Assembly: GCA_951406725.2 (NCBI GenBank)
Contig: OX597818.1
Span: 14,570,001 to 14,634,000 of the forward strand
DNA length: 64,000 nucleotides
Reading direction: 5' to 3'
Origin: Octopus vulgaris
Lineage: Eukaryota
The position numbers and the translations under genes were made by a program. A model generated the notes under the pieces. The model was given only the letters and a program-made list of their open reading frames with translations. It searched no databases and was not told where the DNA came from. The number at the start of each line of letters is the position of its first letter. The first letter of the stretch is position 1. Shown here piece by piece: positions 28,720 through 45,056 of this stretch.

Positions 28720-30700
28720 CAAAGATTGGTCCAGGACATGTCTAACTTAATAGCACCACCTGATAGGATTATTCGAATCCTGTTTAAGTCAAGTTTTGTT
28801 TAAGTCAAGTTTTGTTTAAGTCAAGTTTTGTTCAAGTAGTGAGTTCTTGTTGGGTGAGTTGTATCCAATTATGGGTGGCTTATCTGGTATTCTTTGAAGG
28901 AATCTATCCAGACTCCGTTTAAAGTTGATGGGATCCTTTTCCTCTTTGATCTCCCTCGGGACAATGTTAAATAGGGCAGGGCCTGTTGTGGAAAAGAAAT
29001 TATGTTGCAGTGTACATGTATGTTGTGATCTTGAATTGGGCAGGAGACGTATGGCCCGTGGTCCCAGTCTTGGATTAACCTTGAAGCTAATGTTATTGTC
29101 CTTTGGGCAAAGTTGGCGGTATATTCTCCACATCGTACAAATGATGTACCGCTCACGGCGACGCTCGAGGGAGTAAAGTTTCAAGGCTTTAAGGCGATCC
29201 CAATAATCGAGAGCAGCCATGCCTTCAATTCGTTTAGTGAGTGCCCTCTGGAGTGACTCAATCCTGGAGATGTTTTGTCTTGTATGGGGAGACCACAGTG
29301 GGAAGCAGTATTCAAGGTGTGGCCGTACAAAGGAGGAGATAAGTGGTATGATGACACCTTGTTCTCTGGACCGGAAAGTTCTTAAGATCCAGGAACTCAT
29401 CCTACGAGCTATATCGACATTCTTTTTGATGTGTGCACTCCAACTGAGATCGTCATAAACAATTACACCCAGGTCTCTGATATTGTTAGAGGCTGTGAGC
29501 GGTTCCCCTGAAGGAAGAGAGTATGGCTGTTTTAGTGAGGAATTTCTTCCAAAATGCATCAGCTCAAATTTTCCCTCATTCAGTTGCATTTTGTTTCTGT
29601 CTGCCCATTGACTCACAGCATATAGATCAGACTGGAGTTGAGTTCGGTCTGCTTCTTCATTGACGATTTGTGGAGCTTAGTGTCATCAGCAAATATTTTC
29701 ACTTTGCAGTAATGTACGACACTGGAAAGGTCGTTTATGTAAATTATGAAGAGTAGCGGACCCAAAACAGTCCCCTGGGGAACACCGCTGGTGACTTTTG
29801 CTGGGCTTGAGTGGACTCCATCAACTACAACATGTTGTGTTCTATTCGCCAGGAAATACTTAATCCAGTGTAGAACTTTTCCACGGATTCCAACATTTGC
29901 CAATTTTGAGAGTAGGATATTATGGTCTACCCTGTCGAACGCTTTACTGAAGTCAAGATATATTACGTCAGAGTTCGAACCTGTTCCCAAGGCTTTGAGT
30001 ACATATTCAATGTGGTGTAAGAGCTGTGTTAGACAGTCCCTGCCACAGCGAAAGCCATGCTGATTTGCATTTAGGAGTTTGTGGGTCTCCAGGAAGTCAG
30101 CTATCCTTGATCTTAACACTCTTTCAAACACTTTAATGATGTGGGAAGTGAGTGAGATTGGGCGATAGTTGACTGCGAGGGATCTGTTTCCCTGTTTGAA
30201 AACCGGGATGACCGACTGGGATAGAAACTGCAAGTTGGTGTCTACATTCCTTCAGGAGACTAGCGGGGAATCTATCAGGGCCTACAGCAGAGTAGTATTT
30301 GACCTCATTTATTGCTGCTACGATGTCAGTGGCAGTGAAGGTTATGTCTGAGATTTTATGTTGGGAGTCAACTTCGTTCGTTTCTCTTACGTCAATATCA
30401 GTGGGAACACTAAAGACAGAGCAGTATTGTTTTTGCAGTATTTCTGCCATTTCTTTAGCATCGTGTTGGGGAATGCCGTTATCATCAATCAATGGCCCAA
30501 TGGGTGAGACAGTGGTTCTATGCTTTTTTGCATAAGAATAGAACACTTTTGGGTTCTGTTTGATGTTTTTGATTACCCACTGTTCCTCCACAGCTCTTTG
30601 ATTTTCAATAGAGGTTTTCATGTTGGTCTGCAGATGAAGTTTTTCCAGCTCTAGTCTTTTCATTGTTGTTGGATGTGGATGTTGTGTGTGGGAATATTTT
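28720..30700 (-). mobile_element. CR1/L2-type LINE, 5'-truncated, RT split by frameshifts
   Basis: NYRPISLTSH, NQHGFR, YLDFSKAFDRVDH, SGVPQGTVLGPLLF, FADDTK, LYSLERRRERY (ORFs 30133-30663, 29613-30233, 28816-29616). Confidence 0.95.
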
Positions 30701-31374
30701 AATTCTGATAGAAAACCATATGGCTGGATCTAGAGCTATGATGACGCTTCACTTTCCATATCTTTAGCATGTGGTGATCCACGATATTTAACATTTTGAA
30801 TTTATTCATAACACCCATTTTTGCAGATATGCTTGGGGGTGCGGCCAGTTCCCGGGACTCCAGATACATATTCATCACTAGCTTCAAAGTTTTTTTTTTC
30901 TTTTGCGAAACAAAGAAAATTTCTATAAAGTAATGTGTATTTGCCAATAGAGTAGAATTTGTTTTTTCACTTATTTATTCTTTAGAAAGGTTTCTCTTCA
31001 GGACTTCAGACAGCTGAAATTTTCTATGGATATTCTGTGTGCGAATATAATCTGAATAGAAGCAAAAACGAAAATAGTTTTTAAAAGATATTGAAGACCA
31101 TAAGAACTGATAGCAGCTATGCAAATTCATTTCGTTTAATCCCACCAAAGACATTACTAAGCCGGGAAGTTTATCCATACCTCTATTATTACTACGTCTG
31201 GGGCAGATAAGCTGACCGTTTTGCTAATCATAAGTTTTTAAAATGAGTTCAAGAATTAAAGATTAAGAATTTCGTTACCATAAAATTACTTTTCTTCAGA
31301 ATTAAGTGTCACTTTTATAAGATCCTGGAGGCAAAGAAGCGCCACAAATGATTCATAATAAAAATAATAATAAT

Positions 31375-31700
<326 letters not shown>

Positions 31701-32849
31701 TATGCCCAGATGCAGTAACAGGCAGTGGCTGTCATGGCCTCTGATCTTAACTGACTGGAAGTGTTATCATGTACATTGTTTTGTCTTGGTATACAGCAAA
31801 TATTCTGCTCAATACCACAGTTTTGCTTGCCAGTTGTTTGACCTTAACCCGTTGATCATGTCCCTTTGTAGATGACGATATGTGCATCTCTGATTATTAG
31901 CAGAAGTAGTGGGGTAGCATCATAGCCATGTGTTGAGAGGTATTCTTTGGGATTTGAAGAAGTCACCTCTGGAAACATGGGTATTTCTTTCAACATCCTT
32001 AAACAACCCTTATTCACAGGCCTCTTGAGCGGGATGGGTTACTCGACTTGGGTCCCACCTGCAAGGTTATGCACTGTTTATATTGATACGAGATCACCAT
32101 GTCGCGCACATATGGTTGTGATGCATGTGCCTGGTGTACCCTTATCAGATGGGTAGTCATGATGGGTATACTGGGCTTCGTATACTTGTACTCCAGTGTC
32201 ACTTTGATGACATGCACTGCTCTCTCACTCAATAGATCTGAAGTCCAAATAATTTTGTTCGAGAAGAGGGTAATTTGGATTGGAGTTAAGATGTACAATT
32301 GTTAGTAACAATCCTTGGTTTTAATTTCTATTTCTGTATTATTCACTTTTTTTTTTCTTACATCCACCTCCTTACTGTCGGCAAATTAATGTAGTATAAG
32401 AACCAATTTTCAACAGAAATAATTAATTCGTTAAGGTTATCTCTACAGATATTCTATAGAAATTATAGCCAGCACTGATTTTTCATACGACGTTTCGTAT
32501 CCAAGACGTCAGATGTAAACAAACAATGAGGTCGAAAATTACAAAGGAAAATGTTAATGGATGTATATGCCATATTTCTGAAGATTTTGCCCACCCGTTC
32601 ATCTGCGCCCACCTAGCCCCTTAATTGTCCATGAACACGTTGCTTAAATAGTCACTAAATACAGCGGTGTAACGTTATTGGATATACCACTAATATTACA
32701 TATTAGATACATTCCTGGAAGCTGGTACATAAATATTAATAACTTGTAGGGGTGCGGTATTTCGTTACGCAGCCATAATATTCTATAAAGTATATTAAAT
32801 GTGTTTTTTTTTATATGTATATAAAACAATACTGCATCCTACTGTGCTA

Positions 32850-33116
32850 GCAAAGTTCACCATCATCAATTCACCGTAAAGAAAGTTCACTGTGAGGAAA
32901 GTTCACTGCAAGGTAAGTTTACCGAGAAAATACATCCATATTATCTCACCATTAATTGTTAAAATCTATTTTATTGAAAATAAAAAACCTAACAAAAAAA
33001 CAATACTAAAAAGACAAAGTAAAAAACCACTGAATTGATGACGGTGAACTTTCCCTGCGGTAAACTGATGAAGGTGACCTTTCTTTGCGGTGAATTGATG
33101 ACGGTGAACCTATCCG
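32850..33116. mobile_element. Foldback-like MITE with inverted arrays of ~15 bp aaagttcacc subrepeats
   Basis: aaagttcacc/aattcacc units at 32850-32925 are mirrored by ggtgaa units at 33030-33115. Confidence 0.6.
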
Positions 33117-33754
33117 ACATGCAAAATTTGAAATCAATATTTCCCTTATATGTCTTTAATCGAAATATCACATTTATATTTTTATAAATTTAATTGTTAC
33201 AGTTAGTATGTTTCTACCTTTTAAATATTCTAAACTGCTTCTGCAATTAACGTTTTTGCTGGGACTATTCTGCAACTTAAATTTCCGTTTCGCTCTTTTC
33301 TATCTTTCACCTCATCTACCATCACCAAACTTCAGCTATTTCTGCTTTTTAGGGACGCGATATTTCGTTATGTAACCATAATGTACTATAAAGAATATTA
33401 AACGTTTTTACAAGTCGGTATCATGTCCTACTGTGCCAGCAGTGCGCTTTACATCACTTGTTAAGGTTATCTTTATTTATTAGTGTATCAAACACTGGTT
33501 ACTTCGAAACCAGTGTTTGATAACAACTCACAATATCTCCCTCGGCGTAGTGAAACATGAAGTCACATTTGATGAGATTTGAATCCAGAATGTAAAGACC
33601 GAAATAAATAGCATCATCCATAGTCTACAACGCTCTTAAGAGTCAGCTAATCCCCGACTCTAGTATGATTTAATAACAACATTGAAAATAACTCGTAAAT
33701 AAATTTAAAAAACTCGAATTGCCAAAACTTACACACATGCAGACACGCACACAA

Positions 33755-33817
<63 letters not shown>

Positions 33818-35043
33818 TTTGTGTATGCATGTCCGTATGTATCTATATACATACATGCGTATATCTATATTAAAGTACTACAAAAAATTACCAATCATTA
33901 GTAGCTTGTAATATTGTACAGCAACTGTATTTATTAAGGCTATATAGATTTTCACATGCTGGTTTCATATATGTTTGGGTTTTGATTGCGATTCTAAGAA
34001 AAAGGAAAGACCAAATAAAAGAATCAGCCATGAATTTGTTTTTCACTTATCAGTATGAGTTTGCCAACGAATTCAGATCCCAATCTTATCTCGGAAATTG
34101 GAAATATCTAGTTTGTAAAGGAAATATTTAAATCTAAATTTATTTTTCTGGAGAGTTGTTCATGTTATTGCCGAAGGCCAAGCTAAAAGAGCGTTTTATT
34201 GTGTTTTTTTTTCATTTAATATCCTAGTTTATAACAAAAATATTCCCTAATGTTCGATTCGTTAAGTATTTCTGACATTATTGCTTTATTCTGTTTATTT
34301 TCTTTTAATTTATATTTTATTACATTTTATGTTGCTTCTTCTGTGTAACTCTTTACACATTATATAATGACTGTTGAATAAATGTAAGCTTTCCTATGTT
34401 TCTTTCATATGTTTATAAATGTGTGTATATAAATATATAAGTGAACATATATCTTGTCTCAAAGTTTCGTCATTTTCTTTCTTTGGGTTATTATATATGT
34501 GAACAATTCTCTAAAGGGCATATTTAGATTTTCCTTGTTAAAGTATACACCGAGAAAAATTTATCTTCATGTAATGAGAAATACCGTGCAATAGAAGATG
34601 TACACATTATTAAGTTTAAAAAATTAGCCTACAGCCCTTTTTTCTCCCCAATTTCAGGTTTCTGCGAAGGAAGTCATATGGCGTCCAAAGTCAGTAAGAA
34701 GTTGAAACTAATACAACGGCCGTATACATACACATATAGTACACACACGCATGTAAACACGTATATGCACATATACTGATACATGCACTCGTAAATATAT
34801 ACATGTATATATATGTCTGCAAATATATACTTGTATAAATGTATACGTCTATATATATGTGTGTATATATGCCTATATATGCATACATAGAGATAACCAT
34901 ACATACTTATATACATAGATACATACATACAGACATATATACATTTATTCATAGATACATACAAACATAGATATCATAGTATATTTTTTTTATTCTGTTG
35001 TTATGATTGATTCATTAGAATTAAGGAAATACATTTTATGAAC

Positions 35044-36910
<1,867 letters not shown>

Positions 36911-36919
36911 CCACTATGA

Positions 36920-38120
36920 AGGAATAAATCTCAAGTGAGTGTCATAGTAGAATAACGCTTGTACTGAAAATTGAACTTAATTCTAAAAATTGTATCGAAT
37001 CTATTAACACCCTGGCACTTCCAGTAGTCTGGTACTGTCTTAATATCATTAAATGGAACCCTACGGAAATACAACACATGGACAGGAAGGTCATCTGACA
37101 GCACTATCTGAGGACTTGCACCAATACAAAGCAGGCATTGACCGTCTGTAAATATATTGAAGCAGTTGGGCAGGAGGAATGATGCCACTAGAACTCTGCA
37201 ATAAAGCTTCCACTAAAGGAATGAACAAATATTTATGTGGTACAAATACTGAATGTTGTGGTTTGTTTTCGAACATAAAAGCAGCAAAGAGTCGCATTCT
37301 ATTGTCAAGAAAGCTTGTAAATTCGCACGGGAACTTGGCGTTAACTCTGAGTGAGGTGAAGAATCTGAAACTACTGCTACCAAGCAAGTAAAACAATCAA
37401 GCAGACTGCAAAGAACTGGCATATGCAAATAAGGAACAGTGGAATCAGAAGTCCGAGCATTGACAATATATACTTCGAAGTCAAAATGCTGATGTAAACC
37501 AATCAACAACTCGTTAGTGGCTGAGGAGTTCAGATTAAAAGTAAAGACTAAAGCTTCATACTGGCGGCACAAGATCAAAGCTTGTTAACTAGAAATTGCT
37601 AGGTTAATGTTCTGCGAAATAGTGACGACCCAAAATGCAGATTCTGCAACACATTTGAGGAAACAATAAAGTGTCTCGTATCGAGCTGTCCTGTACTAAC
37701 ACCAACCGAATACAAAAATCGCCACGATGGGGTAGGGTAGTATTTATATTGGGAAGTATGTAAGCACTACAAAATGGGGACTCCTACTAACTGGTATGAA
37801 CGCCATTTTGAGCCAGAGGTTGGAGGTGAAAATGACCCCAATCTCTGGGTTTTGTTCAGTCGCCTCTAACAGAACAATCTAGGCTAATCGATCAGACGTA
37901 ATTATTAAATACAAGAAGTCACCACTGATAAAAATATATCTGCAAAGGAATTCGACAAGCTTGGTAATATTATTAGCTGGAAATTGAAATACAAAAGATG
38001 TGACATCTTAAAGCAAAAATTGTTTCTGTTGATGTAGTTGCCCGAGGTATGATAAAAAAGAGAATGTCAGAAACATCTAGACAATATCCCAGGAGAACCA
38101 TGTCTCAAAGAAATCCAGAC
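36920..38120 (+). mobile_element. R4/Dong LINE B, 3' part
   Basis: INTLALPVV, FILAAQDQSLLTRN, CRFCNTFEETI..LVSSCPVLTPTEYKNRHD, NRSDVIIK (CCHC plus restriction-like endonuclease). Confidence 0.85.
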
Positions 38121-40760
38121 TGGGTTCGAAAAGTCTGCTGCTGAAACAAACTCTCTAGAAAATTATCTATTAGCTAACCAGAACCAAGATAGCCTTAACC
38201 CTAGGCCTGGCCTGTAGTGATGCCACCAAAAGCATCCCCTAAAACAAAACGCATAAAATGGACTACAGAGGATTATAGAGATGTGTTGAAATCTTTCTAT
38301 ACAGCCCAACTAAATCCAAACAATAACCTCATAGTACAAACTTACATTTCATGGAGAAACTTAGTAGGCAATGAAGTACACAGATATATAGATGCAAATG
38401 AAATAAGTAATGTATGTAGAGGCATCATTAAGAACAAAAAGGTTAACTGACGCTGAAATTAGCAAAATTTGGACACAAATATCTCATGGTAGACCAAATG
38501 AAAACAGCAACAATGCAGCGTGGAATATGTAACAGATGTACAGAAACCAGTGTACGAGCAGTACATCTCAAAGAGGAAGCTGAAGAAAAAATAACAAAGA
38601 ACAGATATGCTTGATTGTTTTACTTGCTTGGTAGCAGTAGTTTCAGATTCTTCACCTCACTCAGAGTTAACGCCAAGTTCCCGTGCGAATTTACAACAGA
38701 TATGCAGAAAAAGAGGAGAATGTAGGCCTACCTCAAGAACACCGGTAAAGGGATGGCACGGAATTTGAGGTGAATACTAAAGGGAAGATCATAGAAGCAA
38801 AAGAAGATATTATCAGGGAACTCAGCAACACTGAGTCTACTGACATTATCAATAGAGAACCACTGGCAAAGTTCGCAAACGGCATGAAAATCAACAACAT
38901 TATCATGATATATAACGTTGCTCTTAAACGGATCTTAAGTAATAATGACCTAAAAACTTTAGATAACCTCATCTATTCCACTGCTAAATTTGTAACTGCT
39001 CAATTAGGTATCAGGACAACAGAGGAAAGGACCATTCATGTCAATAAACCTCCTAAGTCGAAAGTGGCAATGCAAAAAGAGGTCAAATTCTGCGGGCAGA
39101 TGTATCAGTTCTCGATGAACTTGCTAAAGGAGTAAATGTTAGGACGAAACGAGCTAGAAAAATGAAGAAAAATATAAAATCAAAGATCTTATAAACTTCC
39201 CTGCGACTAAGAAACAATTGAAACAACGAAAACAACTGAAAGCCCAACAACTTAGAAGATATGACAAATGAATCAAATTTTATTGAGAAAACGATATTCA
39301 AGACATATGCAAAGAAATGTTATAGGAAAATTGGCAGAAGTATGATTAGAAGTAAAAGAACCACCTAAGACTTAGGAAATAGAATAGTCCTGGAAGAAGA
39401 TACGGAGTAACAAAAATGATTATAATACTAACTGGTTAGAGTGAGACTGGAAGAAGTTAAAGAACAGAAATGGAAGGCAATAGGAATAGAAGAGCTAAGA
39501 TGTATACTTGGGAAGTCTCATAAATGAAAAACTCGAGGACTGGACCGAATTCTTAACCTCTGGCTAAATTGTATCGCAGAAGTACACCAAAATTTAGCTG
39601 CATCCCTAACTGATGCCGTCCAGAACTAAGAGAGATACCTGCCTGGCTAACTGAAGGAACAACATACCTTCTTTCAAAAACTGAAGACATAAAAAATCCA
39701 AAGAACTACCGACTAATACATGTCTCAACACCACCTGCAAGATCCTCACATTCATATTAACTGACAGAATATACGCTTTCCTTGAACAGAAAGCTATCGT
39801 TTCACAAGCTCAAAACGGCTGTAGAAAGAATTCTTATGACCGCAAAGATCAATTACTCATAAGTAAAATGACTCGAGAGAATTGCCGGAGCAAAAAGAAA
39901 AACATGCGTATGGCACGGATAAACTACAGGAAAGTTTTTGGAGTTTCCCACATAATCAAACACTTAAGGATTTGAAATATATAAGTACTCTCTTTTCATC
40001 TCCAAATTCTTACAAGATAGCATGGCCAAGTGGAATACACGTCTCCTTCTAAACCATAGTAATGGGATGAACCAAAATAACAACATCAACATTAACTGAG
40101 GCATCTTTCAAGGTGACTCCCTATCCCCATTGCTCTTTTGTATGGCACTGATCCCACTCTCAAACGAACTAAATAACACCAGGCATGGGTTCAAAGTTAC
40201 AATGACAAGCAGGCTGCAAAAATGAACGGGCAGAAATAAACTGAAGAGTGATGGAGCCAGAAGCCTCTGCATGGACAGTATATACTTCGAATTCGAAATT
40301 CTGACGTAGATCAATCAATAACCCATCAGTGGCTGAGAAGTTCAGGACTGAAAGCAGAGACTGAAGGTTTCCTATTGGCGGCACTAGACCAAAGCTTGCT
40401 CTCAATAAACTACCAGTCTAACGATCTTCAAAACGGTTCTGACCTTAAGTGCAGATTCTGTGACACATTTGACGAAACAATTGACCATCTCGTCTCGGTA
40501 TACCTTGTGCTGACGCCAAACGAATATAAAAATCGCCACGATAGGGCAGGACAGTATTTACATTGGAAAATATGTAAACACTACAAAATCAGCACTCCTG
40601 ATTACACGTATGAACATCCTGAGCCAGTCGTTGAAGGTAAAATTGTCACTATCTTCAGGGATTTTCCAGTTAACGCTGACTGAATGATCCAGGCTAATCG
40701 ACCAGACATAATTATTAAAGACAGGGAAGAAAAGACTTGTACACTAGTAGATGTAAGCTG
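38120..40760 (+). mobile_element. R4/Dong LINE C, internally deleted
   Basis: RIKWTTEDYRDVL, GIFQGDSLSPLLFCMAL, MHGQY, CRFCDTFDETIDHLVS..EYKNRHD, NRPDIIIKD. Confidence 0.88.
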
Positions 40761-41443
40761 GACAGAACTAAGAAGGAATCCAATATGAATGGAGGACTCC
40801 ACCCAAGGGCAGGAGTAGCTAGATTATATTTACCGAGAAAGAAAGGGGTAAGATTGCGTGGAATTAGCTAGAGCGCATATAGACTCCTATGTAGGTAATA
40901 GTGAAGAAAGTTTAAGAGCTGCTAAAGTCACAGCAATACATAAGGAAAAAAAACAAACCAAGTCAAAAACCAGAAAAAAGCACAAAAGCGATCTGACTGG
41001 CAGATTCCCAAAGATAGTTGTAGCAAATAGTAATAGTGAGACATCGTTATGGTTGCAGAAAGGAAAGCTGAAAAGGGAGACAGAAAGTTTGTTAGTAACA
41101 GCACAAGATCAAGCATTAATAACTAATTGAATAAAAGCCAAGATAGACAAACACCAAATAGATTCTCAATGTAGGTTATGCAAATCAAGAGGAACATGTT
41201 ACTCATATAGTAAGTGAATGTAGCATGCTGGCACAGACATAATTCGAGAAATGACATGACAACCAAAGGAGAGTAATCCACTGTGATTTATGTAGAAAGC
41301 TAGGATTTGACCGTACTGATAAATGGTATAAACATGAACCTGGTTAAGTACTAGAAAGTAAGAAATATAAAATGTTGTGTGACTTTAACATTCAGATTGA
41401 CAGAATAATAGAAGGCCTGATTTAGTAGCAGCAGCAGCAACAT

Positions 41444-41506
<63 letters not shown>

Positions 41507-41790
41507 ATAAAGAGAATAGAAGGTGCCAGATAATTTGACTTCATAAGTCCCAACTGAAGTAAACGTCAGTATGGGAGGTATAAACAAAATAGCAAAGCAC
41601 CAGGACCTATCCATTGAATTACAGAAACTACGGAATGTGCGAGTAAAATATATTCCAGTAGTTATAGGTGCATTTGGAACTAAAAATTTGAACAGATTGA
41701 TAGAGGAAATAGGCATAAAACCCAGTTTAGTACAGCTCTAGAAAACAGTGTTATTAGGGACAGCTAGGATACTTAGGAGGGTTCTTGGCA
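40760..41790 (+). mobile_element. R4/Dong LINE D, 3' part, with internal (AGT)n
   Basis: RLYLPRKKG, WLQKGKLKRETESLLVTAQDQAL, CRLC, IPVVIGAFG, KTVLLGTARILRRVLG. Confidence 0.85.
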
Positions 41791-42870
41791 CACGTTGATT
41801 GAATGACATCATCAGTTTTTAAGTTTCATTGAATTACGATGAAAAGAAATAACAAATGAGATAGCTAAGTTTAGCAAAGAAAGTCAAACCTTCAAGCATA
41901 ATTTTAGCAAACACAATGCAATATGTGAAAGAATTATTTTAGTGATTAACTGGCACCGAAATTTCGCTGGTATTTCAAAATTGTTGCACGAAAGTTACCA
42001 GCATGTATGCTCGTTTCAAACAGATATATTCTCAGCCACCTATTGTAGCCTTTAGACGGAATAAAAATATGAGATCTATTGACCTCTGTTTCTGACTCAA
42101 AGAAAAGGATCATTGGCGCATCTGCACGCTGTACCTTGAAAGACAGCCGCAAGAGAGGTAAACCTTGTTCAATATGCAACAAGAGTCAAATGAATTGCAC
42201 CAGGAATCATAACAGAAATGTTATGATTTATACAGAAGGTGGAATATGCAGAGATTCCCATTTGATGTACGCGGCAGAATGCACGAAACACAACTTGATT
42301 TATGTTGGTTTACAACAGAACAATTAAACAAAAGATTTAATGGGCACAGATTGGACGTCAGGCACATTAACAGTAGTTCGACAGCACTTGCTGAACACAT
42401 TATTTCAAATAGCTGCAATTTTGAAAAAGACTTGAAAGTGCTTATTCTCAGAAAATATTCTGAATCTATTTCCCTTTCAATACTCAAAATGCATGAGGAG
42501 AAATATGTTTACGTGTTATTAACATCACGCCCTAGAGGAATGAATAAAATGACAGGAGAATATCAAATTTACGCAAAACTGTTTGACTGAATATTCTTAT
42601 TTTTCTTTTCCTTTTTTCTTTGCTTTTTCCTGATTTTTTCTGTCTTTTTCTTTTCACCTGTTATAAAATTGAAACTTAAAAACTGATGATGCCATTCCAT
42701 CAACGTGTGGACTCTAGTTGCTCCCGTTCGTACTTTAGATCTGAATTTTATGATTTTGAACTTTAATCCCTTTTTACTTTGAACTCGACAAAGACAGGCT
42801 TGCTATCGAAATATCATTCAACGAATAAAATATCTATTGCAATTGCACCGCACTCTTCGTCGTGTCTATA
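41789..42870 (+). mobile_element. Penelope 3' fragment (GIY-YIG) with 40 bp inverted terminus
   Basis: MYAAECTKHNLIYVG/FTTEQLNKRFNGHR...ALAEH...RGMN. 41789-41828 is the reverse complement of 42670-42709. Confidence 0.85.
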
Positions 42871-42902
42871 ATAATAATAATAAAAATAATAATAATAATA
42901 AC

Positions 42903-42908
42903 AACTAC

Positions 42909-42946
<38 letters not shown>

Positions 42947-44090
42947 CTTAATAACACAGTATAGGTAAAATGCACCGGGGTCTTTAGTCATGTGTCAAGT
43001 CACAAGGACCTGACAGATAATACTTTCCTTAAAATGTGCGTTGTGCCAAATAAGGCTGCTTTTTGCAAGACATCAATCATGCATGGGATTTGCAGTTGCC
43101 TTTAAAAGTTTTGAAGTTTAAATGGGATTGAACCCAACGCTCCGATCACCACTGGTATCACATTTATATTATCCTGTTGCATTCCATACAGTCTTGCCAT
43201 TACCACTTTTAATTCGGGGAATTTGGCGATTTTTTTTTCAACCTCTTTAATCACAACATTCATGTCATTTGGTATTGCTACATCAATGATCTGACAGTAT
43301 TTGTCTCTCTTATTCATTATGAAAATATCCGACCGACGGTGTTCGATTACACGATCCATCTGAAAATCATAGTCCCAGAGTATCGATACTTTTCCACCTT
43401 CTTGCAGAACTTTAATTGAACATGCTCATACCAATTCTCTGTTACTGGTATTTACGGCATAAGAGCCAATGAAGATACACACTTTATCGTGGCGGCACTT
43501 GTATTCTTTTTGTGCAAGGCTCTCACATCCACTTACCAAGTGGGTCACTTTTTCCACACTCTTTCCAAAGAATCTGCATTTCTGGGTGTTAGAAATTTTA
43601 TAGATGTTATACTTCATTGAATTGGTAGCGACAGCCTGGTCTGTGCAACAATGATCAGGCTCTCGATGGTACGCTTCAGATCACCTCGATCAAGCCATGC
43701 CTTCGATGCTGTATTATCCTTAACGTCTTGTATATTCTTTTCAAACTGTCCATGCATTATTATTTCAAGAAGGTTTTCTTTTCTCTTCTCTTCAGCTCTT
43801 TGGTTAAACTCTTCCTTGTCCATCATTTCATCTGCATTTACACCCATATCTTTTGCGGCATATTGCAGCAGGTCTACATCACTGTTTATCAAATACTCGA
43901 CAAGCGTTCCACTTTCACTCCTTATACAATGGTCTATACTAATTATTCCTCTGCTACCATTCTTTCTTTTTATATACAGTCTATTAGGCAGCTGTAGCGG
44001 CTGGACGTGTTCTTCACTGCTCTGACCATTCAAAAGCCGAAGACACAGAAACACTAATATGACCCACCAGGACAACTGAAAAATAAATCT
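42903..44090 (-). mobile_element. R4/Dong LINE E, 3' part, with (TAA)n tail
   Basis: RLYIKRKNGSRG, MHGQF, WLDRGDLK, THLVSGCESLAQKEYKCRHD, HRRSDI..IIDVAIP, VIPVVIGALG. Confidence 0.9.
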
Positions 44091-44773
44091 CAAAGACTGG
44101 AATATCTACAATATCAAAATAAGTTCAGATACTTACATATCTACAGTTTTCGAACACACAAACGCTCAGCTTTAAAAACTTTAATAACTACAACTTCTGT
44201 GAATACCTATCCTTTCCTTTTTTCCTTGAGTATTAGAAAATGTTAACATCCTTTTTATTCTAAGAACACTACACTGTGAAACTTTTACTCTCCTCTTCTT
44301 TGATTTTCTTTCTCCCTGAATATTAGAAAATGTATACATTCTTTTTATTGTACAAACACGAGTGTCTTCTCTAATTGGACACACAAACGAGCATCTCTAG
44401 AAAACTTTAATATCTACAATTTTGTGTGGAAGTATTATCTTTCTTTTCTCTTTGACTACCTGAATAAGTAAACATACCTTTTATTGCAACAACACAATTA
44501 AAAGCACGATAAAAAGATTTAATAAATAAATAAAATTATAGCGGTAAGCACCTGGCAATATATACAAATTACACAATTACATAAACTGTAAGCAACAGCA
44601 AAAAATATTTAAAAAAGGAAGAAAATACAAAAATATCAGAAATTTAAAATTTCAACAACAGGAGCATCAGTATATCTATATACACACGCTCGCACATGAT
44701 GTATAAAAAATGTAATATACTAATAAATATCTGTGAGTACCTCATTTCTTCTAATATATATATATATATACAC

Positions 44774-45056
44774 ACAAAATTTAAAGGACTGACCACTAAA
44801 AGTGGACGGTCAACATGCTAGATATAGACGTCAAAATCGCTATTTTCCACGAAGAATGTGTTCTCAAACAAATTTATTTGAGAACACATTCTTCGTGGAA
44901 AATAGCGATTTTGACGTCTATATCTAGCATGTTGACCGTTCACTTTTAGTGGTCAGTTTTTTAAATTTTGTATGTAAAAATATTTTAATCTTCGGATTTT
45001 TTTAATATACAAGGCCACTGGTTTTAATTGATTAATATCAATTTCTACCCTTATTC

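Noticed and set aside
32480-32520. CTGACGT...GAAACGTC hammerhead-like string (minus)
   Set aside because: Core A9 is altered and stems I and II do not pair convincingly
33060-33085. CTGATGA motif
   Set aside because: Part of the 15 bp subrepeat array; no GAAA or stems
32850-33116. Regularly spaced short repeats resembling a CRISPR array
   Set aside because: Inverted subrepeats without unique spacers, eukaryotic context and no cas genes
34638-34700. Possible 36 nt host exon (tttttctccccaatttcag|G...tca|gtaaga)
   Set aside because: Plausible splice signals only; no recognisable peptide or partner exons, so it needs RNA-seq
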